A stretch of 55,975 nucleotides of DNA from an uncultured Myxococcota bacterium (GTDB lineage Bacteria; Myxococcota_A; UBA796). The DNA lies in the NCBI GenBank assembly GCA_965661045.1, contig CBFICN010000004.1:1-55975 (forward strand). The letters run 5' to 3'. Positions within the stretch are counted from its first letter, which is position 1; every line of letters begins with the position of its first letter. The position numbers and the translations under genes were made by a program. Below are positions 17,840-27,195 of the stretch, piece after piece. The notes beneath the pieces were generated by a model. That model made no database searches. It was not told the DNA's origin and saw nothing but the letters and a program-made list of their open reading frames with translations.

Positions 17840-19960
17840 TCATTCTGGTGTGATGGCTTCAATATTGAGAACTTTATTCAACGAAAAACTCAGTTTGCGA
17901 TTGTTCTCCACTACACGACCAACCAATATGGCATTTCCATTCTGACTGGTGGAGACTGTTTCCGGAATGACCGTCATCCAAACGGGGTCTCCAGACTTTT
18001 GAGGATATTCCAATCGAATGTGTTGATTGACTTCAATGGCCTGGGTGCAGATGTTTTTGCAGTGAGAACCCGTTGTGCGAACTGTCTGCAACTCTTCTCT
18101 GTTTTTTGCTTCGGATACATGGCACAGTTCGTAGGGTTGAACACTTGTTGGCGCGGCCAAGTCCAATAAACTTTGCTTCAGTTGACGGGCCTCTTCTACT
18201 TGCTGAGACAAGCGCTCTTTGTCTTGATGAAGTTCGTGATCTTGAGGGTAGTCAATGATGTTGTCACCAAATAAAATTCCCGCTTTGATCATTTCAGATT
18301 CCAATTCTTCCTTTTTATCAGGGTGTACAGCGTACATTCCGGGAATAAAACGATGGACGATGAATGGTTTGAACGCAGAATTCGACTCAAACATTTGTAC
18401 CTGATGTCGCTGAATGGTCAACATCAGAACATTGTGAAAGGTTGCAGATGGATCTTTTCCAAGCCATTTTCGCAATGTGAAATTGACATTTTCAGGGATG
18501 CCCAATTGGCTGTATCGAGTGAAGAATTGGAGTACCTCATCTCTCCTCCAACCTTTCTCTTTTGCCTTTTCGATTGATTGAACGGTCAGTTTGTAGGTGT
18601 TGGCACGGTCACAATTGCTAAACTCACACAGTTCCCCAAGTTTGAACAGCAGTTGGGCAGGGGTGCCAATCGGTGCCACAATCTCAAAGTTTGGCGTTAG
18701 ATAGAATTTGCCAACATCATTCTTTTTCTCTGGTACAATCAAGGAGCGAGCCACCTCTGAGAGTCTGTAAAAGGTTTCTTGCCCCCAGACACCGCGCTCT
18801 AAAAATCCATATCGAAGCAAGGTTGCGAAAGAGGGAATATCGTCGTTGTTCTGTTTGGACCAATCATCGCTGTAGAAACGTTGCCGCCATCGTTCTCCTC
18901 GAATCCAACGTCTATACAGTGATTGGAGTGGATGTGCTGGGAGCCACTCGCCTTTACCTTGATGAACAACCCACAAGAGCCATTCGGCCAAGGCGAACTC
19001 TTCATTCAATTTGGCCATAACCAAACCCGTTCGATCCGATTGTGACATGGACAGCCACTCGTCCAAGACACCAGATACAATGTTCAGTTGCATGTTTTGA
19101 AAACTCAACATGCCGTGACCCAGCAAAAAGTGGAGCAAAAAATCAAACCGTTCGCTGTTTGGAGACCACAGTTGACCAAAGAATGCATCCAATTCTTCGC
19201 GGTCGTTTTTGTGAATGTCATGTTGTTGTGTTAATCGTACAGGTTTTTGATGCAAGTAGCTGGCCAAGGCGACCAAGGAGAAGTCGAATGGGGTAGGCAG
19301 CTTGCCATCACTCTCTAATTCCACGCCTTCATGCGAGAACGTAGGGACTGTTAGGTCATGGCGCAAGGCATGTTCCAGTAGCGGCAGAAGTGGTTCAGGA
19401 ATGATGTAGAAAAAATCATCGCCTTCTGTGGCTGATCGTGCCAATAGGCCAAACTTACCAAGCTTGTCCAACGCCGACACCCAATCTTTATCGCGTCCAC
19501 CGTAAGAACTGATGAGTTCCTCAATGATGTCTCTATTGTGGGCTATCCCACCACATTGAATCAAGCACACAAGTGTGTTGAGGTGATTGGGTTTGAGGTC
19601 TTTTATGAGACTCTTCAAGCGTGTGTCATGACTCAGTGCTTTGGCTGTCAGTTGAACCAAACGCTCAAAACTGTTGATGCGGCTGGGTTGGCCACCGGTA
19701 CTTTTGTAGAGGGCTGTGACCAGTTTGGAGGGCAACTGCTCCAAATACGCTTGCAAACCCGTAGGCTTTTTGACACGGTGTCCTTTTGAAGGGTTCGAAG
19801 GGTAATGTGGCGGGTTTTGTAAAACCGCGGTGGCTTTGTTGGCTTTGCGATAATTGGGTGCATTGGAGGAGCGGTTTTTGTTTGAGCGGTTGCGTCGCGA
19901 CTTCTTCTTTCTGTACTGATTGTTGCGAGAAGATTTGTTTTGCGCGGGTGTGGAACTCAT
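17840..19960 (-). CDS. XPB-associated protein with Helicase_C_3 (XPB-binding/p52-like) domain and C-terminal WYL-like domain
   Basis: FYLTPNFEIVAP...YKLTVQSIEKA...EVLQFF...IPENVNFTLRKW; C-terminal AIEVNQHIRLEY...VIPE...SFSLNKVLNIE; directly downstream of XPB. Confidence 0.75.
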   Translation of the reverse strand: MSSTPAQNKSSRNNQYRKKKSRRNRSNKNRSSNAPNYRKANKATAVLQNPPHYPSNPSKGHRVKKPTGLQAYLEQLPSKLVTALYKSTGGQPSRINSFERLVQLTAKALSHDTRLKSLIKDLKPNHLNTLVCLIQCGGIAHNRDIIEELISSYGGRDKDWVSALDKLGKFGLLARSATEGDDFFYIIPEPLLPLLEHALRHDLTVPTFSHEGVELESDGKLPTPFDFSLVALASYLHQKPVRLTQQHDIHKNDREELDAFFGQLWSPNSERFDFLLHFLLGHGMLSFQNMQLNIVSGVLDEWLSMSQSDRTGLVMAKLNEEFALAEWLLWVVHQGKGEWLPAHPLQSLYRRWIRGERWRQRFYSDDWSKQNNDDIPSFATLLRYGFLERGVWGQETFYRLSEVARSLIVPEKKNDVGKFYLTPNFEIVAPIGTPAQLLFKLGELCEFSNCDRANTYKLTVQSIEKAKEKGWRRDEVLQFFTRYSQLGIPENVNFTLRKWLGKDPSATFHNVLMLTIQRHQVQMFESNSAFKPFIVHRFIPGMYAVHPDKKEELESEMIKAGILFGDNIIDYPQDHELHQDKERLSQQVEEARQLKQSLLDLAAPTSVQPYELCHVSEAKNREELQTVRTTGSHCKNICTQAIEVNQHIRLEYPQKSGDPVWMTVIPETVSTSQNGNAILVGRVVENNRKLSFSLNKVLNIEAITPE

Positions 19961-20041
19961 TGTGGACTCCAAAAATAATTCAGCAAGCTATACAGCACTG
20001 GGGTAGAGAGAATCGTGTGGACGATGATGAACTGTGAAGGA

Positions 20042-21796
20042 TTATGATGGGGTTGAAGCAGGGGACTGGAGCGTGGAAAAGTCATGCAAAAGGTATCGAT
20101 AGCCTTGTCCTGCCAAAAACTTTTGTCGGTTGAGTGCAAAGGTTTGTTCCTTGCTGTCTTTGGTCACCAAAGTATAGAAATGGGCCTTGTTTTCCATCGC
20201 CGGTTTGTTCTTTTTGCCTTTTTTTCCTTTCAGATTCTTGGGGCGTAGGATTCTGCCCAATCGTTGAGCTTCTTCTTGACGAGAACCAAATGTCCCAGAC
20301 AGTTGGATGGCCACATTCGCGTCTGGCAAGTCAATGGAAAAGTTGGCCACCTTACTCACGATCAGCGTTTTGATTTTGCCACTTCGAAATTTCGCAAACA
20401 GATTTTCACGTACGTGGTTGGGTGTTTTTCCCGTTATCACCGGTAAGTTCAACTCTTCACTCATGATGTTCAGCTGCTCAAGGTAGGTTCCAATAATCAG
20501 CACATTGTCTTTTTTGTGCTTGTTCAACAGGTAGCGAACCGCATCGAGTTTTTTTGGATTGGAGCATGCCAGCATGAACTGATCTTTGGGTGCCGCATTG
20601 TCATAGGCTGCCCGCAACTCTCGATCCATTTCTAGATGGATTTCAATACAGGAGATTGCGGCGATGAATCCCAACTTTTGTAAGTCCTGCCACGGTAGTT
20701 CGTAGCGTTTTGGTCCAACCAAGGTAAACACATCCGTTTCTCTACCGTCTTCTCGAACCAGTGTAGCGGTCAGTCCCAAGCGACGCATTGCTTGTAGGTT
20801 GGCGGTGGCTCCAAATACGGGAGCGGGTAGAAGGTGTACCTCATCATAAATGATCAACCCCCAATCTTCTTTGTCAAATATATCCAAATGTGCAAAGCCG
20901 TCGTCTTTGGATTTTTTGTGTGAGACCATTTGGTATGTGGATACAGTCACCGGTTTGAGTACTCTGGAGTCCGCAGTGTAGGCGCCAACATCTCGAGATG
21001 TCAGCGTGGTCTTGCTGATGATTTCTTGAATCCATTGGTTGACAGAAGCTTGGTTGGTTGCCAAGATGAGTGTTTTTCTTTGCACCAAGGACATGGCACT
21101 GATCCCAACGATTGTCTTTCCACCACCGCAAGCCAACACCACAACGCCACATCCACCAGTTGACTTTCCGTCTTGATACCATCGTTTGGCGGCTTCCCAT
21201 TGGTAATCGCGGGGTTCAAAGACGACATCGGTATTTTTGATACGGTCTCTGAGAGAAAATGACAGTGCGGTTCCGGGACGGAAACCCGCGAGGTCTTCTA
21301 CGGGCCAGTCTGCGATGAGGCACTGTTGTTTGAATACGCCACGGTTTGCGACAGAGATGGTGTAGGAGACATTGCGCCGGCGTCCATGTTTGATGAGCAT
21401 GTCCTGAACGAGGGGCTCAGCAGTGAACAGTCTTTGAATGTAAGGGGTTTCAAAAGCCACCTTGAGCTCATCTGGATTGTCCGGATTGGGAAGCAGTTTA
21501 ACCAGTCCATACCGCTCAACCGTGTCGGCAATTAATTCTTCGACTTCTCTGGGGATGGGATATTTGCTGATTTTGTTCAAGCCAGAGACAATCTCTTCAG
21601 TGGTTAAGTTCGATGAAGCCGCATTCCAAAGAGATATGTTGGTGATTTGGTAGGTGTGCAAGGCGTTTGGACTGGACTCTAACTCGGCAAATTGAGTGAG
21701 GAATTCTCGTGCTGCGGGATACTGTTTGTGGTTTGCTTCTACGAGGACTTTCCCGTCTGCTTGCACGATGACTGGGTTGCTGAGTTGAACTTGCAT
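20042..21796 (-). CDS. DNA repair helicase XPB (Ssl2/Rad25/ERCC3 family)
   Basis: NPVIVQADGKVLVE N-terminus, PRDYQ, GVVVLACGGGKT, WGLIIYDEVHLLPAPVF, LGLTATLVREDGRE, SGTFGSRQEEAQRLGRILRPK. Confidence 0.95.
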   Translation of the reverse strand: MQVQLSNPVIVQADGKVLVEANHKQYPAAREFLTQFAELESSPNALHTYQITNISLWNAASSNLTTEEIVSGLNKISKYPIPREVEELIADTVERYGLVKLLPNPDNPDELKVAFETPYIQRLFTAEPLVQDMLIKHGRRRNVSYTISVANRGVFKQQCLIADWPVEDLAGFRPGTALSFSLRDRIKNTDVVFEPRDYQWEAAKRWYQDGKSTGGCGVVVLACGGGKTIVGISAMSLVQRKTLILATNQASVNQWIQEIISKTTLTSRDVGAYTADSRVLKPVTVSTYQMVSHKKSKDDGFAHLDIFDKEDWGLIIYDEVHLLPAPVFGATANLQAMRRLGLTATLVREDGRETDVFTLVGPKRYELPWQDLQKLGFIAAISCIEIHLEMDRELRAAYDNAAPKDQFMLACSNPKKLDAVRYLLNKHKKDNVLIIGTYLEQLNIMSEELNLPVITGKTPNHVRENLFAKFRSGKIKTLIVSKVANFSIDLPDANVAIQLSGTFGSRQEEAQRLGRILRPKNLKGKKGKKNKPAMENKAHFYTLVTKDSKEQTFALNRQKFLAGQGYRYLLHDFSTLQSPASTPS

Positions 21797-21990
21797 GTAC
21801 GCTCACAAATGCCAATGATGGCAAGAATGGATGTGTAAAACCGTGTTGAATAAATTGTGTTGTATTGCGACAAAATGGATGAACCAACATACAATGCAGG
21901 CCTATCCTCAATGTGTTGCAATGCCATTTCTATGAATGGGAGTCAAACTATCTGCTGTAAATGCCGTGGGTTTAGCCAGTACAAAACACA

Positions 21991-22048
21991 ACTGTACCGA
22001 ACAAGACATTTTCGTTATATCAACAATATAGTCTAAATTCGGTACAGT
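21991..22048 (-). other. Long imperfect hairpin between pruA and XPB (terminator or structured RNA)
   Basis: ACTGTACCGAA (21991-22001) pairs with TTCGGTACAGT (22038-22048); inner AGAC/GTCT and TATAT/ATATA stems; T-rich tail on the minus strand. Confidence 0.55.
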
Positions 22049-22116
22049 GTCAACGGTGCGCAAATTTACGCATGCATATGGTTTGTCTAGCTGTAGTTGC
22101 GTTGCCTCAAATGGCC

Positions 22117-23736
22117 TTAGCCAAGAAAGCCATATCGCCAGTCTGTCGGTGCATTGAAGGTTTCTTTAATCGTTCTAGGAGAGACCCAACGAAGCAAGTT
22201 CTGAGCAGAACCAGCCTTGTCATTGGTACCGGAACCGCGCGCACCACCAAATGGTTGTTGACCCACCACCGCACCTGTTGGTTTGTCATTGATGTAAAAG
22301 TTGCCCGCTGCATTTCGCAATGTGTTCAACGCTTCTTGGATGGCGTATCTGTCGGTTGAGAAGATGGCACCGGTCAAGGCATAGGGGCTGGTTTGGTCTG
22401 CGATGCTCAAAATGTTTGAAAAGTCTGCATCTTCATACACATAGATGGTTACGATTGGACCAAAAATCTCTTCTGACATGAGACGGTGCTTGGGGTCGTT
22501 TACCTGGACCACTGTTGGCTCAATAAACCACCCTGTCTCGCCGTGTGCTTGTCCACCAGTGATGACCGTTGCAGTATCGTGGGCGATTTGTAAGTACTCT
22601 TTGTGCTTGTTGAACGCACGTTCGTCAATGACCGCTCCTAAGAAATTGGAGAAGTCACAGGTGTCGCCCATTTTCATTTTTGGCGCTTCTTCTTCCAAGA
22701 CTGTTTTGACATGGTTCCATATGCTAGAAGGCAAGTACACACGAGATGCAGCGGAGCACTTCTGTCCTTGGAACTCGAAGGCCCCACGTAAGATTGCGAT
22801 GGCGACCTGCTGTGCATTGGCGGATGGGTGCGCAATGATGAAATCCTTTCCACCTGTTTCCCCGACAATTTTTGGGTATGTACGGTACTTGTGAATGTTG
22901 TTGCCAATCGTTTTCCACAGGTGTTGGAATGTTTGTGTAGAGCCAGTGAAGTGTAGTCCGGCTAAGTGTTCATTGTCGAGAACAATGTCTCCCACATCGG
23001 CCCCTTCTCCAGGTAGGAAGTTGATGACGCCAGGAGGTAGGCCAGCTTCTTCCATCAGCAACATGCCTTCCCATGCAGACAGGAGTTGGGTGGTGGATGG
23101 CTTCCAAATGTTGACATTTCCCATCATGGCTGGGGCACTTGGAAGGTTCAGTGCAATCGACGTAAAGTTGAACGGGGTGATGGAGAAAATGAAGCCTTCC
23201 AACGGTCGATAGTCTAAGCGGTTCCACATTCCGGGGTTGCTTTGGGGTTGGTCGGAAAGAATCTGCTGTGCGTAATGGGCGTTGAATTTCCAAAAATCAA
23301 TCAACTCGCAGGCCGTATCAATCTCTGCTTGGTGACAGGTTTTGGCTTGTCCAAGCATCGTGGTCGCATTCAATCTTTGGCGCCACGTGGTACGCAACAG
23401 TTCTGCCGCTCTCAAAAATATGGCAACGCGTTCAGACCAAGGCAGTTCACTCCACGCCTGGCGAGCGCTCAAGGCATTGTCAATTGCTTCTTCCACAACC
23501 TCTGGTGTCGCCAAATGGGCTTTTGCCAGTACGTGACCGTGATCGCAGGGCATGGTAATCTCTATCGTACGACCAGTAAAAATGCGTCTTCCACCGACGA
23601 CACAAGGGATTTCGACAACCTGTGCTTTTCGCACTTGGAGTTCTCTTTCCAGTTCAGCACGTTCAGGGGAACCAGGTTCATATCCATAAACGGGTTCATT
23701 GGTGGGAAGCGGGGTGTTGAAACGACCAGTAAGCAT
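22117..23736 (-). CDS. pruA: L-glutamate gamma-semialdehyde (P5C) dehydrogenase
   Basis: NEPVYGYEPGSPERAEL, ATTMLGQAK..QAEID, RPLEGF..ITPFNFT, FTGST, GETGGKDF, FEFQGQKCSAASR, EEIFGP, GQQPFGGARGSGTNDKAGS. Confidence 0.96.
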   Translation of the reverse strand: MLTGRFNTPLPTNEPVYGYEPGSPERAELERELQVRKAQVVEIPCVVGGRRIFTGRTIEITMPCDHGHVLAKAHLATPEVVEEAIDNALSARQAWSELPWSERVAIFLRAAELLRTTWRQRLNATTMLGQAKTCHQAEIDTACELIDFWKFNAHYAQQILSDQPQSNPGMWNRLDYRPLEGFIFSITPFNFTSIALNLPSAPAMMGNVNIWKPSTTQLLSAWEGMLLMEEAGLPPGVINFLPGEGADVGDIVLDNEHLAGLHFTGSTQTFQHLWKTIGNNIHKYRTYPKIVGETGGKDFIIAHPSANAQQVAIAILRGAFEFQGQKCSAASRVYLPSSIWNHVKTVLEEEAPKMKMGDTCDFSNFLGAVIDERAFNKHKEYLQIAHDTATVITGGQAHGETGWFIEPTVVQVNDPKHRLMSEEIFGPIVTIYVYEDADFSNILSIADQTSPYALTGAIFSTDRYAIQEALNTLRNAAGNFYINDKPTGAVVGQQPFGGARGSGTNDKAGSAQNLLRWVSPRTIKETFNAPTDWRYGFLG

Positions 23737-23830
23737 CTGTTCTCCATAGAATCTAGGGGTGACAGATGTGGTTTAGTCTGTTTGACTGTAAATTCCCAAT
23801 TTCAAATGGGCAATATTTGCATCGACACAG

Positions 23831-24451
23831 TCAGGTCGGAAGGACTTTCTGAATCGTTTCGTGAAACTCAATTTTGTGTACCAAATCTGCGATGTAATCC
23901 ATGTTGTCAGAATCCCAAATGAGGACCGGACTCAGTTTGTAATTGGAAATCCACTCCTCATAGAGTTTGTTGAGGTTTCGAATGTATTTGGTACTGAGAG
24001 CTTGCTCACTTGGCCGACCCCGTTGCTTAATGCGCTTTCTGATGGTTCGAACAGAACAGCGCAGGTAAATCATGAGGTCCGGTGGTTGGATCGCTTGCTG
24101 CATTGTTTCATACAACTCCATGTAGGTCTCGAACTCTCGGGTGGGAATCTTTTTGGTCCGATGGAGGTTGCGGCAGAAGATCTCTGCGTCTTCATAAATG
24201 GATCGATCGAGCACAATGGTTTGGTTTTCTGTGTTGTCGATTTCCATGTGCAATCGGAACTTGTGCGTCAAAAAATACATTTGCGAATGAAAAGCCCACC
24301 GCTTCATGTCGGTATAAAAGTCGTCCAAGTACGGATTGTCCATGAACGGTTCATAGACAGGGTGTACACCATAGTGTCCGTGCAAATAGCGGACCATGGT
24401 TGTTTTGCCTGCACCCATGTTTCCTGCGATGGCGATGAACTTTTTGGTCAT
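23831..24451 (-). CDS. Deoxynucleoside kinase (dCK/dGK family)
   Basis: IAIAGNMGAGKTT P-loop, EPFMDNPYL, DRSIYED, PDLMIYL, RIKQRGRPSE; ATGA overlap with upstream gene. Confidence 0.93.
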   Translation of the reverse strand: MTKKFIAIAGNMGAGKTTMVRYLHGHYGVHPVYEPFMDNPYLDDFYTDMKRWAFHSQMYFLTHKFRLHMEIDNTENQTIVLDRSIYEDAEIFCRNLHRTKKIPTREFETYMELYETMQQAIQPPDLMIYLRCSVRTIRKRIKQRGRPSEQALSTKYIRNLNKLYEEWISNYKLSPVLIWDSDNMDYIADLVHKIEFHETIQKVLPT

Positions 24452-26970
24452 GGTGTCCAAACTCCTTGATTTTCAAATGCATCGGTGGCGGTGGCTTGGA
24501 CAATGTTCGACATGTTGACATTGTACAATACCATGTGATTGTTTCTTTGTTCGAGGTCACTTCGCACTTCTGTGCTGCCATCTTCATAGGTGAGGGTGAT
24601 CGACAGTCCAAGTGGTGGGTTGGTCCCTTGGGATGATCCTGCGATATCAATCAAGCGGTAACCCCACTCTGGTCCATCCAGCGAGACCGTCAACTCCGAC
24701 AACACAGCGTCGCTGTCAATTGTTAGGGTTGCGGGTTCGACAACAAAGGGAGCCGAGGTGATCTCGTAGGCTTCAACGCTCCATGGATAGGTGCTTTCAG
24801 AACCAACAAAGTGGTGGCCATATACGTGAATTCTATACTCTCCCACTGGAAGCCCCATGCGATCTTCATTTGGGGACGTTGGGGCCACGGTTTGCCATCC
24901 TGCCCACCACTGGTGATCTTGCGCGGCTTCAAAAGGGGCGAGGGGCGTCGGTGTGTGCGTCAGTAGAACGTCGGGGGTGGTTTCATCGACCGTTCGACCA
25001 CTGTTGCTCTGAAGTTCAACCCAGTCCCCGTCGGCATTTTTGAATTCAATGACAACGGTTGGGTCGTCTACCGCAGGGTCTCCACCTTCCCAAGTGAACT
25101 GCGCAAGTCCTTGCACACGTGGCAATATGGGGTCTGGCTGGCTTTGGACAGGTGTGTCGAGGGGCGTGTAAAAGTCTTCAGACAGAATTTCGGCCACCGT
25201 ACCAGCCAATAGAGTTGTATCCGGTGCGTAGGTGGGCAATGGTCGCTCTGGGTAGGCTGTGCTGTCGTATTCGCCACTTGGGTTTGCATCTTCAAGCAAG
25301 TCCGTTTCCAACAAATTGGCCATTTCGATATGTTGTTCCATTAGGTGTTCGGCTTGCAAAGGCCCCCACAAATTGATGTTGGGTTCATACCCACCCCGCA
25401 ACCAATCCTCGGGAATGAGCAAGTACCCTTCGTGATCTTGGGCGTAATCACCCAAAATGACGTTGCTGTATCCCAATTCGTCCAATACTCGATCTCGATA
25501 ATGTCGTACGTAATAGCTGGTTGCTTCTCCTGGAAAGAATCCCATAAAGAGGTCTTCATTGACGACGGCGCCGTCTTCTTTGAGAATGGAGACCGGTCCC
25601 AGTTTCAAAGCCGTTGTTTGTGCTTTGACCGAAGAGGGCAATGGAAGAGGGGCACCATCGGGAAGGAACTCGGCAAAATTGAAGACGCCACCCAACAAGC
25701 CCATCATCATATCGACTTTTATACAGCCGTTGTACGTGTAGATGTATGCCCCTATTGTACCGGTTGAGATGAAGGGTTCGTCGTATCCACAGAACACTGC
25801 ACCATATTGGGTGTTCCACTCATCGAGCGGTGACAAGATATTGCCATCTGCATCGTAGATTTGTAGGTCTGGCTCATAGTCTTCTTGGTAGGGAGGGTAG
25901 TACCAGTCAACGGTGCCGTTTCGTGTAACGCGGATGTCTTCTTGTCCCTGCGTAATAGAACGCGTTACGGTCTCCAATGTGAACGACTGATCGGATGTTG
26001 GAATGCTCAACCACAAATCATAGAAGGCATCAACAGCGAACTCCGAAATCCCTTCCATCCGTGCGTATGGATGGCCATGTTCTGACGTTCCTGCAGGAGA
26101 GACATCGCCACCCCCACCTTGGAAATGTCCAACGACGATCGGTTGGTCAAAGCGTTCTTGGAAGGCAAATTCTAAATGGCCGGGTGCATCGACAGAAAAT
26201 AGGGGGTTGCCAGACCCCAGCGACGTCCCGTGGATCCCAAAGTTGAAGAACACCCCCAGTGGATTGTCGTCCAGATCGTCTACCCGGAGCATCCACAATT
26301 CTGGATTTTTATAGGATCCGTCAATATCGTCCCAAAATTGGAGGTCGTCATTTTCTCCTCTGCGATCCCGATAGACCCGGTCGTTTGGATCCCAGTCATG
26401 CACAGTTCCAAAGCCAATTTTGGCGGGGACTTTGTTTTCAAATGCTTCAATGGCAAGAGCGGACAACGAGGTAGAGTATCGTTGAAAGATTTCCTCATTG
26501 TAGCGATCACCCCCAAGGTAGAACGAGATTTGATCGCTGTAATTGGCCGGTGCGTGGTGTGTATGACTGGCCGAAATGACCACCTTGCCATAGACGTCGA
26601 TCCCAGTGGCTGTCTGTATTTGTCGTTCTACTTCTCGCACCAATTCATCGTTGCTGTAAATGGAGTCGATGGTGAGCAGAATCCACTCTTGATCGCCATT
26701 GTCCAGCCATAAAGCTTCGGCCATGATTGATGTTTGAACACCGGCTGACGTTGCAAAGGCTTCTGCATATTGACTTTCTCGATCGTCAATGGTGCTGGCG
26801 CCACCCAGAAAGAAGCACCGATTGGAGTATCCACCCATCGGGGTGCCAACAGGAATGTCGAGTTTTCCTTCGGCAACACCGGCTTGTGGAACACCGGCTT
26901 GCAATGTCTGCACAGCAGAGTCTGTGCTCTTGTCTCCGTTGCAGGCCAAGAGGGCAATCAATGACAGCAT
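24448..26970 (-). CDS. Neutral/alkaline non-lysosomal ceramidase family lipoprotein
   Basis: Lipobox LLA-C; GTPMGGY, ISASHTHHAP, NFGIHGTS, FQGGGGDVSP, FPGEAT, DHEGY, GGYE motifs. Confidence 0.8.
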   Translation of the reverse strand: MLSLIALLACNGDKSTDSAVQTLQAGVPQAGVAEGKLDIPVGTPMGGYSNRCFFLGGASTIDDRESQYAEAFATSAGVQTSIMAEALWLDNGDQEWILLTIDSIYSNDELVREVERQIQTATGIDVYGKVVISASHTHHAPANYSDQISFYLGGDRYNEEIFQRYSTSLSALAIEAFENKVPAKIGFGTVHDWDPNDRVYRDRRGENDDLQFWDDIDGSYKNPELWMLRVDDLDDNPLGVFFNFGIHGTSLGSGNPLFSVDAPGHLEFAFQERFDQPIVVGHFQGGGGDVSPAGTSEHGHPYARMEGISEFAVDAFYDLWLSIPTSDQSFTLETVTRSITQGQEDIRVTRNGTVDWYYPPYQEDYEPDLQIYDADGNILSPLDEWNTQYGAVFCGYDEPFISTGTIGAYIYTYNGCIKVDMMMGLLGGVFNFAEFLPDGAPLPLPSSVKAQTTALKLGPVSILKEDGAVVNEDLFMGFFPGEATSYYVRHYRDRVLDELGYSNVILGDYAQDHEGYLLIPEDWLRGGYEPNINLWGPLQAEHLMEQHIEMANLLETDLLEDANPSGEYDSTAYPERPLPTYAPDTTLLAGTVAEILSEDFYTPLDTPVQSQPDPILPRVQGLAQFTWEGGDPAVDDPTVVIEFKNADGDWVELQSNSGRTVDETTPDVLLTHTPTPLAPFEAAQDHQWWAGWQTVAPTSPNEDRMGLPVGEYRIHVYGHHFVGSESTYPWSVEAYEITSAPFVVEPATLTIDSDAVLSELTVSLDGPEWGYRLIDIAGSSQGTNPPLGLSITLTYEDGSTEVRSDLEQRNNHMVLYNVNMSNIVQATATDAFENQGVWTP

Positions 26971-26980
26971 CGAGAATACC

Positions 26981-27160
26981 TTAGATTACAGTGTAGATAA
27001 AGGGCAAAATTGGCGAAGAGTCCAAGAAGATGATGAATCCAACCATCAAAATCAGCACGAGGATAATCGGGGTCATCCACCATGCCTTGTTGTGAACGAT
27101 AAAATCAATAAACTCAGCCAATAGGCCTTTGTTTTCATTGGGAATTTGTGAGTTCGACAT
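26981..27160 (-). CDS. DUF5989 (SxtK-like) small membrane protein
   Basis: EFIDFIVHNKAWWMTPIILVLIL...SPILPFIYTVI fits the EFxxF...KxWWLxP...PFIYTLF pattern; GAGG RBS. Confidence 0.8.
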   Translation of the reverse strand: MSNSQIPNENKGLLAEFIDFIVHNKAWWMTPIILVLILMVGFIIFLDSSPILPFIYTVI

Positions 27161-27195
27161 GAACAACCTCATGGTGTATGGAATGACATTTGGCT

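Noticed and set aside
21878-21894. Possible LexA box upstream of XPB (minus strand TTGTATGTTGGTTCATC)
   Set aside because: Only about 13/17 match to a degenerate consensus and no palindromic left half
23242-23922. 226-aa plus-strand ORF spanning the pruA start
   Set aside because: Antisense to pruA and the kinase 3' end with no recognisable domain
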